Assembly (NCBI GenBank): GCA_965178125.1
Contig: OZ237757.1
Span: 434,001 to 498,000 of the forward strand
Direction: 5' to 3'
DNA length: 64,000 nucleotides
DNA from: Bilabrum cf. latius
Lineage: Eukaryota
The notes beneath the pieces are model-generated. The model did not search any database, was not told the origin of the DNA, and saw only the letters and a program-made list of their open reading frames with translations. Of this stretch, positions 1-13,341 are shown in pieces (positions within the stretch are counted from its first letter, which is position 1; every line of letters begins with the position of its first letter). The translations under genes and the position numbers were made by a program.

Positions 1-2
1 CT

Positions 3-3000
3 TCGGGCGCAGCCGTAGCAGTGCCGAAGGCTGCGATGCGTGGAGATTTCCCAGTGCGTGGTCTCATCGTGGCATCGGCTACCCCTGACCTTCCGCTGCT
101 CGACTAGTACATCGGCAGTGACCACATCAGCGTGGATTTGGGCAAGGGCGAGTTTCAGGTGAAGACCAAGATCGAATCGCTCCTGTCCCTCCGAACGGCA
201 CTGGAAACCCACGAGAAAGAGCTGCACTCCGGGTCTCGTTTCAGCATCCTCGGGTCGGATGCCCCGACTAAGCGAGGCAAGGGTGGAGGCTCCAGAGGAC
301 AGCGACAAGAGCTACCACGGGTCAGCTCCATGCTCGGCAAACGGATTGCAAAGACGGTTGCAATGCTGGCATTTCGAGAAGCACACCTCCTCGGAGCAGA
401 AGGGAGAAGCGTGCTCGTATTTGTGCCAGGTAGGGAGGAGGGATACGCTGCTGAACATGCGTTCCACCTGGCCCAAAGCGTACAGGGCACTCAGCCTGGC
501 AACGGCCTCTACAGCACCATAGTCATTCATGAGGACAACATGAACGACAAGAGTATCCGAAGGAGTATGCAGGGGTAGTGCGTGTTCTTTGCCACGCGGG
601 TGGCCGAGTCTTCCATCACGCTGCCCAACGTGGCCTGCGTGATCGATTGCGGCTACGACTGGCAGGACTTATACGATCCAGATCTCAGGACCTATCAGCG
701 CAGGCTAGAGCGGATCTCGCAAGCGTCCTCTCGCCAGAGGAGAGGACGAACGGGTCGCACATGCTCAGGCAGATACATCCAGATGTTCTCCCGCCAAGCA
801 GCCAAGGCCATGCCGAGGCACCCAGTGCCAGGCGTGCTACGGGACGACCTGGCGCCTGTCGCGCTTGATCTCCGTGCATGTGGACAGGACCCGACGTGCT
901 TTCGCTGGATTTCACCACCGAGGTGTGGCGACTTGGTCGAGGCAGATCAGCGGCTGATAGCACTTCAGACCATCCCAGGATTTGATGCCTCGCCGCTTGC
1001 ATCCGCTGTGGAGCTATCTGAGGCCTCATCCAGGGCAGCCACGGTCGCGGAGACCCAAGTGCTAAGACAGCTCGGCCTGCAGCCCTGGCTCGGTGCACTG
1101 GTGCTGCGCGGAATGCGCCGGAATTTCACAACTCGCGTATGCAGCGATATCGTGCAGCTGGCTAGCTTGATTGACCTCGGTGCCATCGATCGGATGCTTC
1201 CCATGCAGCCAGGGGTGATGCAGCTGATTGGTGCCCCTCGAGGCGATCCCATCACTCTGTTGAGAGTGTACAAGGCCTGGAAGCAGGCAATGGCGCAGAG
1301 AGGGTCCAAAGCAGCCCTGGCCATTCTCCAAGCAGTGTATTCAAGGCACGCCGCAGACGACATGCACGGCATCTTCGGCAGGGCTGAAACTAGAGCGGAA
1401 ACCCTGGTGCGTCTTGCCGTCCGGGTTGGGGTGCGGTTGTCCCCCGAAACTCAAAAGTACACGGAGGCTAGCCTGCCCGACGAAGCATTGGATTTGATTG
1501 CCAGCGACAGCCGAGAGGCGGATGCACTGCATGCGTGCGTGAGAGACTTGTCGGATGCGTACGTGGAACATCCCACTGGTATCGAATCGGACATCGCAGT
1601 GCTGCTGGGCTGGGCCCTGAATGACCGGCTGGCGGCCAGAAACGTGGGTAGGAGAGCAGGATACAGCGTGTCAAGGGCGGGTAAATGGCTTGGGATTGGG
1701 CATCTTGACCCGAACTCAGGCCTGGGCATCTCCGGCATCAAGCACGTGGCAGAAGAACCGCCCAGCCCAGAAGGTGGGGGAATAGCCGCATCCGAGGCGG
1801 AGTCGCTTGAGCTTGTGGCCTTTACCAGCGTTGAGAACGACGGTGGATTGCTGCTGAGGGGATGCCTGAGCGTCAGAAGGCAGGAGCTAGTGGATATTGC
1901 TGGGCTGGACGAGAAGCTTATTCCACAGCCGCTCGTCATGACTGAGAGGATCATATCTGGGATATCAACAGCAGGGTACCGCAGCCTGCTCGGCGAAGAT
2001 TGCGCTGACACCGACCGAATTACTCGATTGAAGCACCTTCCAGACTATCGCGTGCTGGTCGAGTCACCCTGGTCAGAGCAGCGGCCTGCGGCTATGGGTA
2101 CATTGTGCTTGTGGGCACCGGAAAGTATTGCAGACGTCGTCGCGGATTGGATTGCAAAACGGGTAGAAGATCATGAAGCTATGGAAGCGTAGCGCATGGA
2201 TGTAGTCCCGATGCCCGCAGAGTAGGGGTTAGACGATAAGGCAGCAGTGCTGCTGGGAGCGGGAGCCCGGCCGCTCCAGCTGCTGCCGTACACCCCCGGC
2301 ACGCAGGAGCTACAAGATCCCGTCTAGCTTGACGTGACTTGCAAGGAATCTGCATATGATGATGGCGGTGCTTCCGCGGGCGATGCAGCTGAAGACGCTG
2401 CGGGCAAGGACTCGAGCGCGAGAAGAAATCACGCAATGGACTGGATGGCTCTTCTTCTGGGATTCCACGAGTGGTACAGAGATGTTGCTCTCGCGATGGA
2501 TTCGCGTGCAGCGACAGACCTCGAACTGAAACATCTCGAGATGGGCCAATTGGTCGCAACAGTGCAGCCGCTTGACAGCGTGTTCCAACGCAACTGCCGC
2601 GCTCGATTCACGACGGTAAGCCCCCTCGCCCTTCGGCAACTCAGAGAGTTCTTCAAGTAGCTCAATTATAACGACCGATTGGCTGCCTACAGCTCCGAGC
2701 TGGTCAGAGCAGTACCAGGCGGATCCGAATTGGATCGGGCGTACGGAACAGAGGTAGAGTGTCACGTGATTGTATCTTGGTTGACCCAGCTCCATGATGG
2801 AGCCGCTACCGTTGAGGTGGACCCTATCGCAGCAGAGACCATGGATCGATACCTTTGCCAGAGCCCCGCTGGGTTCGTTGTTCGCGCAGAGGAGGACGAG
2901 ACTGCGTCCAACGGTAAATCCGGACAGATTTCCGCTACGCTGCACGGGCAGAGGCTCACTGCCACGATGTTTCACGTCTGGGGGCTGAAGCAGAACCGGC

Positions 3001-6000
3001 ATCCGAGCGAGGTTTCTCGTCTTGTTGATTTGGCCTTGCGGCAGGCAAACCAAGTCGAACTGTTCCACGTTCGAGCAAACCTGGTTCGACGTGCTATGCT
3101 CCACTGGGGAGGGCCTGCAAATGGTTAGGTGGGCATGTGGCTGCGGCAAGCCGGCGCAATCGAGGAGACAAAGCCGGAGAAATCGTTCGTGCCCGGGAAT
3201 AGTACAATCTCTGCTAAGCAAGCAGACTAGCCCGCGAACGGGTCTTATGTGTACATACCAACAGGTCTCGTCAAAACCGTGCGAGACAAGCTCAAACGTT
3301 CCAAGATTCGCCTGTAGAATGCCAAGGAGGAGAACGTGTACAAGCTATAGGGGTGCGTGCCTGTGCAAACGCTTGGATTCGTGGTTCACCTCATCGCTAG
3401 TCACGTGCCTTGCGTCGTCAAAACGTACTCTCTAGGCAAGAGTAAAACTATGTCGCGCATTGTTGTACGTTCCGCCGCAGTGCAAAGTGCAGTACTTCAA
3501 CTGCGGTGCGTAGAGAGGGGCAACATCAATCTAAGAAAGGATGAGAAGCCCATCACCGGGGTGAATTCGGTGTTCGCTCGACACGACGTCATGGAATAGT
3601 ATGAGCTCAGGAAGGCGGTTGAGGTCGCTCTCAAGGGGCGCATGCCACTGAGCGACGAGAAGCTCCCTATCCAGGCCTGGATCGAAGGCAAGCGGTTAGA
3701 TGTACCGCTCGCAGCTCTGTCCGAGCGTGAGCGCGATTCGATTTCATTACAGACTCAAAGCGGGAAGGCTTCTGCATCCGCAGCAGCAGCTTCAGCAGGG
3801 GTATCCCAGCCGATTAAGACGCTCCCACCTCCTCCAGAAAACAGAAGTGGAATGTTCGGACTTGCCGGCAATGATTCCGACAGGTCGCGGGCGCTGCAGT
3901 AGATTGCCCACACACTCAGCGATTTGGAGGGTGACTTCCCAGGCGTAGACGGCCAGGCCAAGGATCTCTGCATCAATCCAGAGACAGGGATCGGGTCATT
4001 CCTAATTCGAATGAAGAGATCAGACTAGTGCATGCGGCTTGTGCGACACTTCAACAACGCGGATTTGTGCGGACACTTGCAGTGCAGCCCGGCGAGGGCG
4101 CAATGCTGGATCACAGCCTAGCTGAGTGTGCCGGATGGAGCTGCCCCTTTCGCAGCGAGGGCCTTCTAGTCTGCCTCTGGGCTGTTTGAATACGACGATG
4201 CCAGTGTTACTGTAGCCCGACGCATGCACGGTCCGGCATCAGGGGCCGGTGCTGACGAATCGAAGATCGAGCCGCCATCCGGCGATGTTCCCGAATTTGA
4301 TTCGTGTCAGGAGGCGTCTTTAGTCGCAAACATGCTTCAAATTGGCTGCGTGGAGCCCTGTGTGGAGATGCCCAGGGTGTTTGTGTCTGGATTGTCGAGT
4401 GGCGGGGAAGATAGTCCACTAGAGTAGAGCGTTGGGTTCAATATGTCCACCACGAAGCAGTTTGCTGAGCTATACAAGCACTTGGAACGCGCTGCAGGAG
4501 GCATCCCTCTCATGCAGCTGCTGCAGTTTGTGTGGGACAAGCCACAAAAGGACATTGTTGCCCAGCTGCTCATGCACATGCACGCAGCCACAAGAGACAA
4601 GCCTCTGCGAGACGTGTTGAAAGATTCGGCAACGGCTGCATCTGTGTGGCTACAATTGGATGATCCTGTCTTGGAAGAGCATGCAGGTGACGCGGCTGCA
4701 AGCAAGCACCAGTCAACCTCAGACCTCCCGCAATTGCTATATGGCACACTTGCAGCCGCCACACACTTTGCTCAGTGCCTTGGTCGTGCGCTGGAGGACC
4801 GCCAGTGGGGTGCGGCCGTCTGCTCAGAGGTCGCCTTCTCCGAACTTGGGCCAAGGGTAGCGCGCTACCTCGCTGGTCTTTTAAACTATGGGACTAACAC
4901 TGTCATGCAGTTAGTTGGCAGCAAGGATCCGGAAAAGTTCGTGCTCTCGCGACAAGAAGTGATCGACATCCGCAAGTCAATTCAGGCGATGGACCCGTCG
5001 TCGCCCTCCGATGAATTCAATCCGCTTGCCCCCGTGTGTTTCAAGCACAGGCGAATGATCGGACTGATGGTAGATCTACAGCTGAAGCCAAAGAAGGTGC
5101 TTCGTTTTGTCGGCAGAATCCAAGACCATTGCGACAGGGCGAGGAAGGCGCTGCTCGAGAGACTCATGGACGGCGTGGGAGGCCAGACAGCAGCCGATGC
5201 AACTCTAGGCGATGGCTCAGTCTCGAACAGACTTGAGTTTTGTGAGGTGACCTACGAGCAATTCAAGTGCACGGACAGTGATCTATTCATGCTACGGAAA
5301 AGAAGAGGGCGGCACGCTGTAGTTGAGCCTAGCGGCGTCCGCAAAGGCGCTTCTCTGCCTGCAGAATCAGGTCTTGCTGACGATTCCCGCTCGCTTGCCA
5401 TGTTCATTGGCACTGCTGCTTTGCGTGACCAGGTGTCTGGGATGGATTCTTAGCAACAAACGGAAGTATTGGTTCCTGCTCCCGAATGTGACGTGCCGGT
5501 GCCTCTTGGTCTACTCGCTGAGGCCGTGGGCGTCCAGTCGATCGCGCGAATCGCGGGGATGGCGCTTCTAGGTGCTGCTTCCGGGTCTTGCGGCCGCTTG
5601 CCCTTGCCCACTACCCCACCGGTGGACCGCGGTCCAGCAGCTGGGGCTGAAGCCGGCGCTGGCGCAGCAGGTCATTCGCATGACCTCGGGCTCCTCCAAG
5701 AGCAGCTGCAAAGAGTTGCTCGATGCCCAGGGAAGCAGTGTGGTCGGCTGTGCATGTTTCCCCCCGAGATGGATTGTTCTGACATGGGGTGGCACAGGCT
5801 GGAGGGGAGGTGTCCCCACGCGGACTGCGAGGTGAAGTCATGGTGCATCAAATGCGGGTGGCAGGGTGAGAAGATGCACCCAGGCCCGTGCAGTGCAGCA
5901 GAGCTGTGGTCGAGGAGAGAGGAAGCTGGCAGGCTGGTGCAGCAGCAGTCAAGAGAGACTGGCCTGGACATTCGCCTCTGTGGCAATCCAGACTGCGATC

Positions 6001-6284
6001 ACGGCATCGAGAGGCGAGACGGCTGCAATCACATCACCTGCCTCAAGTGCAGATGCCACTTTTGCTACTCTTGTGGGTACCCCTGGGGCCGTGGAGCAAC
6101 TAGTAACGATGTGTATGCACACTTCAGAAGTAGTACGACTCGTCGGACGGGTTGTGTTACGCATTCGACTGACCACACTCCCTGGGGCAGCTTTAGCCAG
6201 GAGGAGCTCACCCGGCGGCGAGGAGGTGTGCATCTTCCGAGCGGGAAATCGCTAGAGCCAGCTGCTGTGCTTGGAGAGTGCTGA
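3..6284 (+). CDS. DEAH-box RNA helicase fused to C-terminal IBR + RING2 (RBR E3 ligase) domains; 5' end lies outside the window
   Basis: ORF pieces 132, 582, 2334, 2679, 3357, 3642, 4224, 4443 and 5469 share one frame and are separated only by TAG (17 counted); ends TGA 6282-6284. Motifs: LIVASAT (III), VLVFVPG (IV), ATRVAESSITLPNVACVIDCG (V), QRRGRTGR (VI), IBR-like CPGKQC..CPHADC..WCIKC..HPGPC, RING2 CGNPDC..IERRDGCNHITCLKCRCHFCYSC. Confidence 0.9.
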
Positions 6285-6642
6285 CTTACAGGTGATTCGG
6301 TGTCGCTGGGAACATCCGGGAAACATGATGAAATTGACACGTAGTTTCGTTGGCGGCCCTGCAGCCCTGGCGAATCTAGTCCACCGCTCGTTCAGCTGAT
6401 GCGCGTCGCAACCCCTACCACCTCCACCGAGTGCTTGGACTTAACCAACAGGGCGCCCCTTACTGCGCTAAGCCGCTACCCGATATAGACTATACCCCCT
6501 TCCGGCTAATCGAGATCCTTTGGATTGCTCCTCGTCCTCATTCGAAAAACTTTGTTTTTGATCCTTTCATTATTCAGACTGATTGCCTTTACTAGGCAGT
6601 TCGTTTCTTTCTAATGTCCTTCAAATATCATTGATCGGCAGA

Positions 6643-8739
6643 ATGACAACCGGCTGGGCAGCCTTACTCACTTTGACGGCTGTATATGCTCTAAACTAGT
6701 GGGATCGGTATCTCCTGAATAATCTAGCAGGCGCCCGCACGGTTGATTGCAGTCACCACTGCTCAATAAATCATGTGTTTATAGATTAGTGCGGTAAATG
6801 CTAGCCGTACCAGACAGCATTCGCTAATACTTCGACTTGTGCGTCTTGCCAAACGTGTCTTGACAACAATCGCGCTCGCGCAACCAGCATGGCATACGGA
6901 ACTTGTCTAAATGGCAGAGAGTACGGTATATTGACTGGGTTAGGGTTTTCTGGGCTGTATGTGCTAACTGCCGTAATTGCTGGCCGGCTGGTAGATTCCA
7001 TCTCGCCGTACGTCGTGTTGCTAGCAGGGCTGTGTATTTGGTCACTAGCGACCACGGCGCAGTCACTGACGCATAATTTCGCTGGTTTATTTGCTGTGCG
7101 GCTAATTCAAGGCGCAGCTGAAGCCGTGGCAGCGCCGGCATCGTACGCGATTGTTGCGATGATCACGACACCGGACCAACGGGGCCTTGCCAACGGAGTG
7201 TTTTCAGTCGGGGTATATGCCGGCGGGTCTTTGGCTAGTCTTTCAATACTTTTAGCCAGGACAGTCGGGTGGCGCCCGATTTGCGTTGGCCTGGGAGTGC
7301 TCGGAATGTTGCTAGCTTGCTTGCTGTGCTGCCAGAGGCTGTCAGTGGCCACGGAGCTGCAGCGCCGCGGCACTGCCGACCCCACTGAAGCTAGATGCAC
7401 AGAAGATGGAATCGAATGCAGCCACCAAGATACTAACTCAGATGCAGTGTTGCTGATTCGCGATTCAAGCCGCAGGAACGGGCAATGCGAGGGGGAGTTG
7501 CGGGCAGCAAAGCAGGACTTGCATGCGCAACACGTAGCCTGCCCCGAAACGCAGCTGCGCGACGCGGTGCAGTTTCAATCCCTAGCAAGCGTCCAAACTA
7601 GCAATATAATACCACACGGGCAGACACCTGCAGTACGTTGCACCCAGGCGTCCTTAGCAGGGCCGGTCGGGCTGGCTATCCATGACGCAATCGAGGCAGC
7701 CTCCCTCATCGGTGGCAGTCCTCGAGCCCTCCTGCTCCTGGCAGGGTCCTCTGCGCGGTTCTTTGGAGGCTACGCTATCGGCTCATTTCTCGGGAGGTAC
7801 CTTACCAGCGTGTTTCCGGGAAAAGCCGCGGAATATTCCCTGGGGAACGCGGCTGTGATCGGGCTGGGTGGAGCTGCTGCGGCTGTGCTCGGTGGCTTGG
7901 CGGCGGACTCGGCTGCGAGATGCGTGGCTGCCCGGAACTAGCTCGGAAGCAGCGGTGGAGTCACAGTGCAGTGCAGCGCACGGCAGGCTGTGCGAGGTTC
8001 CGACAGATCTGACAGTCCAGGCTCGGAAACAGGCAGCCACGGGACAGCGGCAACCGCGGCCACACCGTCGCTGGCCTTGTTGGAGGCATCCGCGCCAACA
8101 GGGCCGATCAAGACCTTGGAAGACGGTCCAGAATCGGACCGCTTAGCTGCTCAGCCTCTTCTCTCCGGCGAATTGGATGCTCGTATTCTGCATGCAGATG
8201 ACCCAGGAACAACCACAGCTGGTGAGAATCGGTCAGTCCTCGGTTCCATAGTTGGGGAGAGGGAGGAGGAGGAGGAGGAGGAGGGGGAGGGCAGCACGCT
8301 GATCTCGCCGGACCTGGCTCGGGCGGCTGTCCCAGCCCTGTCCGGATTGCTTGCAGTGCCGTGCATGCTGGCGGTTCTGCTAGCACCCAGCCTTGAAACC
8401 GCTTTGGCAGCTCTTGCGGTGGAGTACTTGTTCGCGGAGGGCTGGTTCGGGCCTGTGCTGACCATGCTGCTCGGCGCGCTGCCCAAGCGGGTGCATGGGT
8501 CTGCGGTGGCCGTGTTTGTGGTTTGCACGACGGTCGTAGGGTCCATCGCACCGCTTGTGCTCGGGATTGTGTGGGACCGCGCTGATGCAATGCATGGCAG
8601 TGGTGAAGCGGGTGGGGGGCGGCAGAGCCAGGATGCGGCCAAAGCAGGTGCCCTGCGGTGGCCTCTGTTCGGCGCCGTGGCGGCGTCGTATGGCACCGGC
8701 TCAGTGATGTTTGTGCTAGCCGCACTACAAAACAAGTGA
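6643..8739 (+). CDS. Spinster-like major facilitator superfamily transporter
   Basis: ATG 6643; first helix VYALN*WDRYLLN, AGRLVD and RLIQGAAEA MFS motifs, RGLANGVF, many hydrophobic helices; 4 in-frame TAGs (6697, 6787, 6802, 7939); ends TGA. Confidence 0.85.
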
Positions 8740-9014
8740 ATTTTGTCGAGGGTGTCGGATCGAATCTTTTGCTGGTGCAAGCAACAAGCAACCTCTGCCA
8801 GCCTTGCCGCGTTCGTGAACTTCGATGGAACCATGACGAAACGACGAAACCGAAAATACCTATTTGGTGCCAGATTTGGTACGGCGAGAGCGGAATTGGT
8901 ATTCAACACACATCCTGAATTGCATATTATCTGTACTCGTAGCCTATTGGAACTCAAGGGTCGCATTTACGCTCCCAGTTCCCCGGGTTTCGACTCAACG
9001 CACACATCAGCAAA

Positions 9015-12000
9015 ATGTCATCTGCGGCATCAAAGCAAGCTGGAGACGGCGCAAAGGTGGCAGATGACGCCGGAAAGAAAAATGAGAAGCCCAAACGTCG
9101 TGTGGGTTCATCTGATGTCAGGGTGGCTACCGCTGGGTTGCTGCAATACTCACCCGAGGGCAACCGCTTCACAATCGAGAAGCTGCTCGGCAAGGGCGCG
9201 TATGGGGCCGTGTATTCAGCCAAAGACCGCGCAAGCCCAGGCAAGGACTAGAGCAAGAAAGTTGCCCTGAAGCACGTCATGAACGCGTTTACGTCACCAA
9301 CCGACGCTAGGCGCATCTTCCGCGAGATCCACGTGATGGCTCATTTTGATCACCCGAACATCGTGAGGCTGATGCGAGTCCTGCGGCCACAGGACAGCAA
9401 GATCAAGGATTTTGTCCAGCTTTACTTGGTCACGGAGGTAATGGAGACGGACCTGCACCGCGTGATCCACTCGAGGCAGGACCTGACGTCTGACCACATC
9501 TCGTACTTCCTGTACCAGCTGCTCTGCGGCCTCAAGCACCTTCACTCGGGGGGAGTTCTCCACAGGGACCTCAAGCCTAGTAACCTGCTCGTGAATGCAG
9601 ACTGCCAGCTGAAAGTGTGCGATTTCGGCCTGGCCCGAGAGAGCGAGGCCACCGTGAGCACTGCCCTGACCGAGTACGTCGTCACTCGCTGGTACCGCGC
9701 CCCCGAGGTTCTGCTCAGCGGGGGCCACTACAAGGAAAGCATAGACGTGTGGAGCGTGGGATGCATCCTCGGGGAACTGCTCCTCCGCCGCCCCTTGTTC
9801 CCTGGAGAGAACTACCTCCACCAGCTGCAGCTCATCATCCAGACGCTGGGGTCACCTGCCGAGGAGGACCTTCATTTCATTCGGAACGACGCCGCAAGGG
9901 ACTTTGTGCTCAGGCAGCCGCACTCGGACGGAATCTCGTACAGCCGGCTGTTCCCTCACGTGCGTGGACCGTGTCTCGACCTCATTGCCAAGATGCTGGT
10001 TTTCGATCCCGACCAGAGGATCAGCATCGACGAGGCATTGGCACATCCCTTCTTGGCGCGAGTCCGCGCCGCGAGGAAACACGTGTGCGAATACTCGGCC
10101 CCCGTCAAGCTCAGGATGAGGCACAGGCTAAGAAAGATGAGCATCGACCAGATCCGCGACACTTTCGCTGCGGAATTCATGACTCCGGGGAGGTGGGACG
10201 GCGTTGTGCCGGCGGCAGACAGGCAGCACGCGCCCTCCCGCCCTCTTCCACCCGCCCCACCCTCGGGCGCTACCACTGGAAGCGCCAGGACGGCGGGATC
10301 AGCCGCTGGAAGCGCGCGGGGCCGCGTGGGCCAGCAGCGCTAGAGCGGCACTGTGGTTGACATGACCAGAGGCATGAAGGCAGCCACGGGCTAGGGCACG
10401 CAAGGAGGTTCCAGCAGATCTGGCCGAACGGAAACTGACGATGACTTCCACGATCTGGAATCGCCTTCGACAGGCTCAGCAGACGTCGGGATAGACGGAG
10501 CCCATGGTGCAGCGAGGCCGCACAGGCGATCTGCCTCCTCCTCGTCCAGCTCTGCGGCGGTAGCGGCCAAGGCAGCCACCTAGACCGGGCGGCCCCCGGC
10601 CGTTCTCAGTGGAACTGCGGTGGGTGCGTCCGTGCCAGCGACCGGGAGCAGTCGTTCGGTCGCTCGTGCCACTGCCGAGGCATACCTGAGGCGGAGAGCT
10701 GCACCAGGTGGTGCTCATGTAGGTGCTACTGCGGGTGCTGCTGCAGGTGCTCATATGGGTGCTCATGTAGGTGCTACTGCGGGTGCCAAGAGGGGCGCTG
10801 TGTCTGGGGTGCTGTCGCCCGAGGATGAGGAAGAGGACAGCAAGCCCGTGCGTAGGGGTGCTGGGAAATCAGCCGTTCGAGAGGCCTATCGGAGTCATGG
10901 GGCAGCCGCCGGTGCCGCAGTGGGTGCAGAGAGTGGTGTCAGTGAAGACATTGATGATGACGATGACGACGATGACGACGAGTTCTTCGATGCCGTGGGA
11001 GAGGATGAAGAAGAAGAAGACCATGCTGGTGGGGCGGGTGCAGCAATGCAGCACGGCGCTACAGCTGTTGGGGATGCTGGTCGGTAGTACCCGGCCGGTA
11101 CCGTGCCGCCGGGTGCAGTGCATGGTGGTGCGAGGCACCACCGCGGAGGGAAGGGCGGCTCCGGCTCCGGCTCCGGCTTCTACAACGCGGTGGACGATTC
11201 GGTGAAGGAGGCTCAGACGGACGAGTATTGGAGCAGGGCGCAGCAGCAGCTCGACCAGGTGCTACAGAAAGCCAGCTCGAGCGGACTTGGGCTCCGTAGC
11301 AAGGTGCCCACTGGTGCGATCGGGACAGCTGCAGGCCCCGCAGGAGCGGCAGCCGGTGGAGCTGCAGGTGGCAGTGCGCTGCAGTCGTACTAGTACGACG
11401 GTACGTCTGCAGAGTATAGGGAACAAGGGTCTACGCTCGTGCAGGTACCGGAAGAGCTCAGCACGCCGGAGCACGAGAAGCCGAAGCCGGTCGACGGGCG
11501 CAGGGGCCTGGGCTTATCTGCCGCGGTAGGGGGCGCACCCTCGGGCTTGGTGTCCTTGCAGGCGGCTGGCACTGGGCATGCACCCATCGCTGGACGCAGA
11601 GCGCAAGCTGGTGCCAATGCCGGCACCGGTGCCAAGCGGCCCGGCCGGCTGGCGGCTCCGGATACCGGGGAACAAATCACCGGCCCTGGTGCCGGGGGGT
11701 CGCACTTCGTGGCGGCTCCTGCGCGAAGAAACGATGGCTTGCCTAGATCCGTCTCGCCGATGCGGTCGCCCACCGGCAGCGGAAGCGCAGCAGTATCGTC
11801 GAAGCCATTCGGGGGATCCTCGTCTTCGTTGGCATATGCCCGTGCCAGCAACAGAGGGGCAGCGCCAGGCTCCAAGGGCAAGAGAGTCCCAATAGTGCCT
11901 GCCCCGCGCGGCATGGGGTCACGGTTACCCGGCGAGAGGGGTTCCGCCGGTGCCGTCAGTGCAGTGCACCCAGACGCGCTCAGCAGGCAGGTGATGGAGG

Positions 12001-12437
12001 CGGCTCGGTAGGGGCACTCGGCGAGGTCGGCGGGTGGCGGCGCGGCGCCGGTGGCTGGTTTCGCTGACCCGGGCGCTGGTCCTGTGGGCGAATCGCCGCG
12101 CAGGCAGGGCACCGGCAGGGCAGGCGGAGCCGCACAGCACTCGTCACCCGCTCTCTCTCATCGAAGCGGTGGAGGAAGAGGAGGAGGTGGATCGAGCCAG
12201 GGCAGTACTCCCGCACGCAGGGGCCTCGGGAGCGGTGGGCGAGCTGCGCTGGCATCTGGCGCGTCTGCCGGTTTCACGCCCTCTCCGGCTGCGTCAACGC
12301 GCGGTTCAGCCGCGTCTACCGCAGGGCCCGGCTCTGCGCACAGCGAGGCAGGCAGGAGGCAGGCCCGGTCGTCGCTGAGCAGCGCCGCTGCCAGCATGCT
12401 TGCGGGGACCGGCTCGCCCAGGCTAGGAGGCCACTGA
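9015..12437 (+). CDS. MAP kinase (TEY activation loop) with a long Gly/Ala/Ser/Asp low-complexity C-terminal tail
   Basis: GKGAYGAV loop, then TAG 9249, then VALK, HRDLKPSNLL, DFGLAR, TEYVVTRWYRAPE; all downstream fragments in the same frame broken only by TAG (7 in total); ends TGA followed directly by TAA. Confidence 0.92.
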
Positions 12438-12552
12438 TAAAGAGATAATTGAATGTCAGTCTGTTTTACACGAGTAGACACAGGCTGAGTACCCTTGAAT
12501 CCGATACTTGCCAACTGTAACACCTCAACCGCCCTGCCGTCCGCGAGCCACA

Positions 12553-13281
12553 TCATGTCATTATTATGTCACTTGCCCGTATAGGCGGGCTGTAAAAAGT
12601 GAACGTTGCATCGAGCGTCGCCACGGTCGCTGGCACTAGTCCACTGCGCATCGCGGTAACCGGGACGCAACAGCTCGCAAACCACGCCAAAACCCAATCA
12701 TATGACAGAGCTTCTGTGAATCCTGCTCGACGATACTTTGTGACTTGCTCTCCGCAATAATCGGCGAACGACTTGACACAACGGAACTACTAGTAGTCGA
12801 AGCGAGACCCGCTTGTGCTGGAAAGCGACAGCTCAATACTGGCACAGCCTTCACCGATTGTTTGGGTAAGCAGCAATTGCTTGCCTCCATACCTAATAAT
12901 CACGCTGGTCTTTCTACAGCTGCTCTCGGAGAGTTCGGCCGGCGGATGCACGCTGCACCATCTGCAACACACCGCGGCTGCCTCCAGCAGCTACGCAAAG
13001 GTTCCCCCTCCATCCTTGATGGAAGCAGTCATCAGAAGCCGCTGGAACTTGATCAAATTCAATACCGCAGGTAGATGCGTCGCGATGCCGGCATAGATCA
13101 CGTCTGACTGCCAGCGCCCGTCAATGCTGACTCGGTGCAGTGCAACACACCACCACAGCAATGCAACACACACCCGAAAAGACATAAATATTTGCTTTGT
13201 ACGCACTCTCAACGACGCTCCACCCAACTGAACCTGTCCAATGGGGCAAATACTCGCAATCCCCCCCCTTGCACCACCCAT
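12553..13281 (-). CDS. Hypothetical protein, visible only if TAG is read as sense
   Basis: ORFs 12991..13281 and 12790..12972 share a frame that stays open through TAG 12991 and TAG-TAG 12787-12792 to TGA 12553-12555. No recognisable domain; start uncertain (ATG 13281 or 13185). Confidence 0.4.
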
Positions 13282-13341
13282 GCTATAGGCCTACTCAATA
13301 CACAACGAAGCAGCTCACGCTGGCCCCGCTTTCACAACGTC

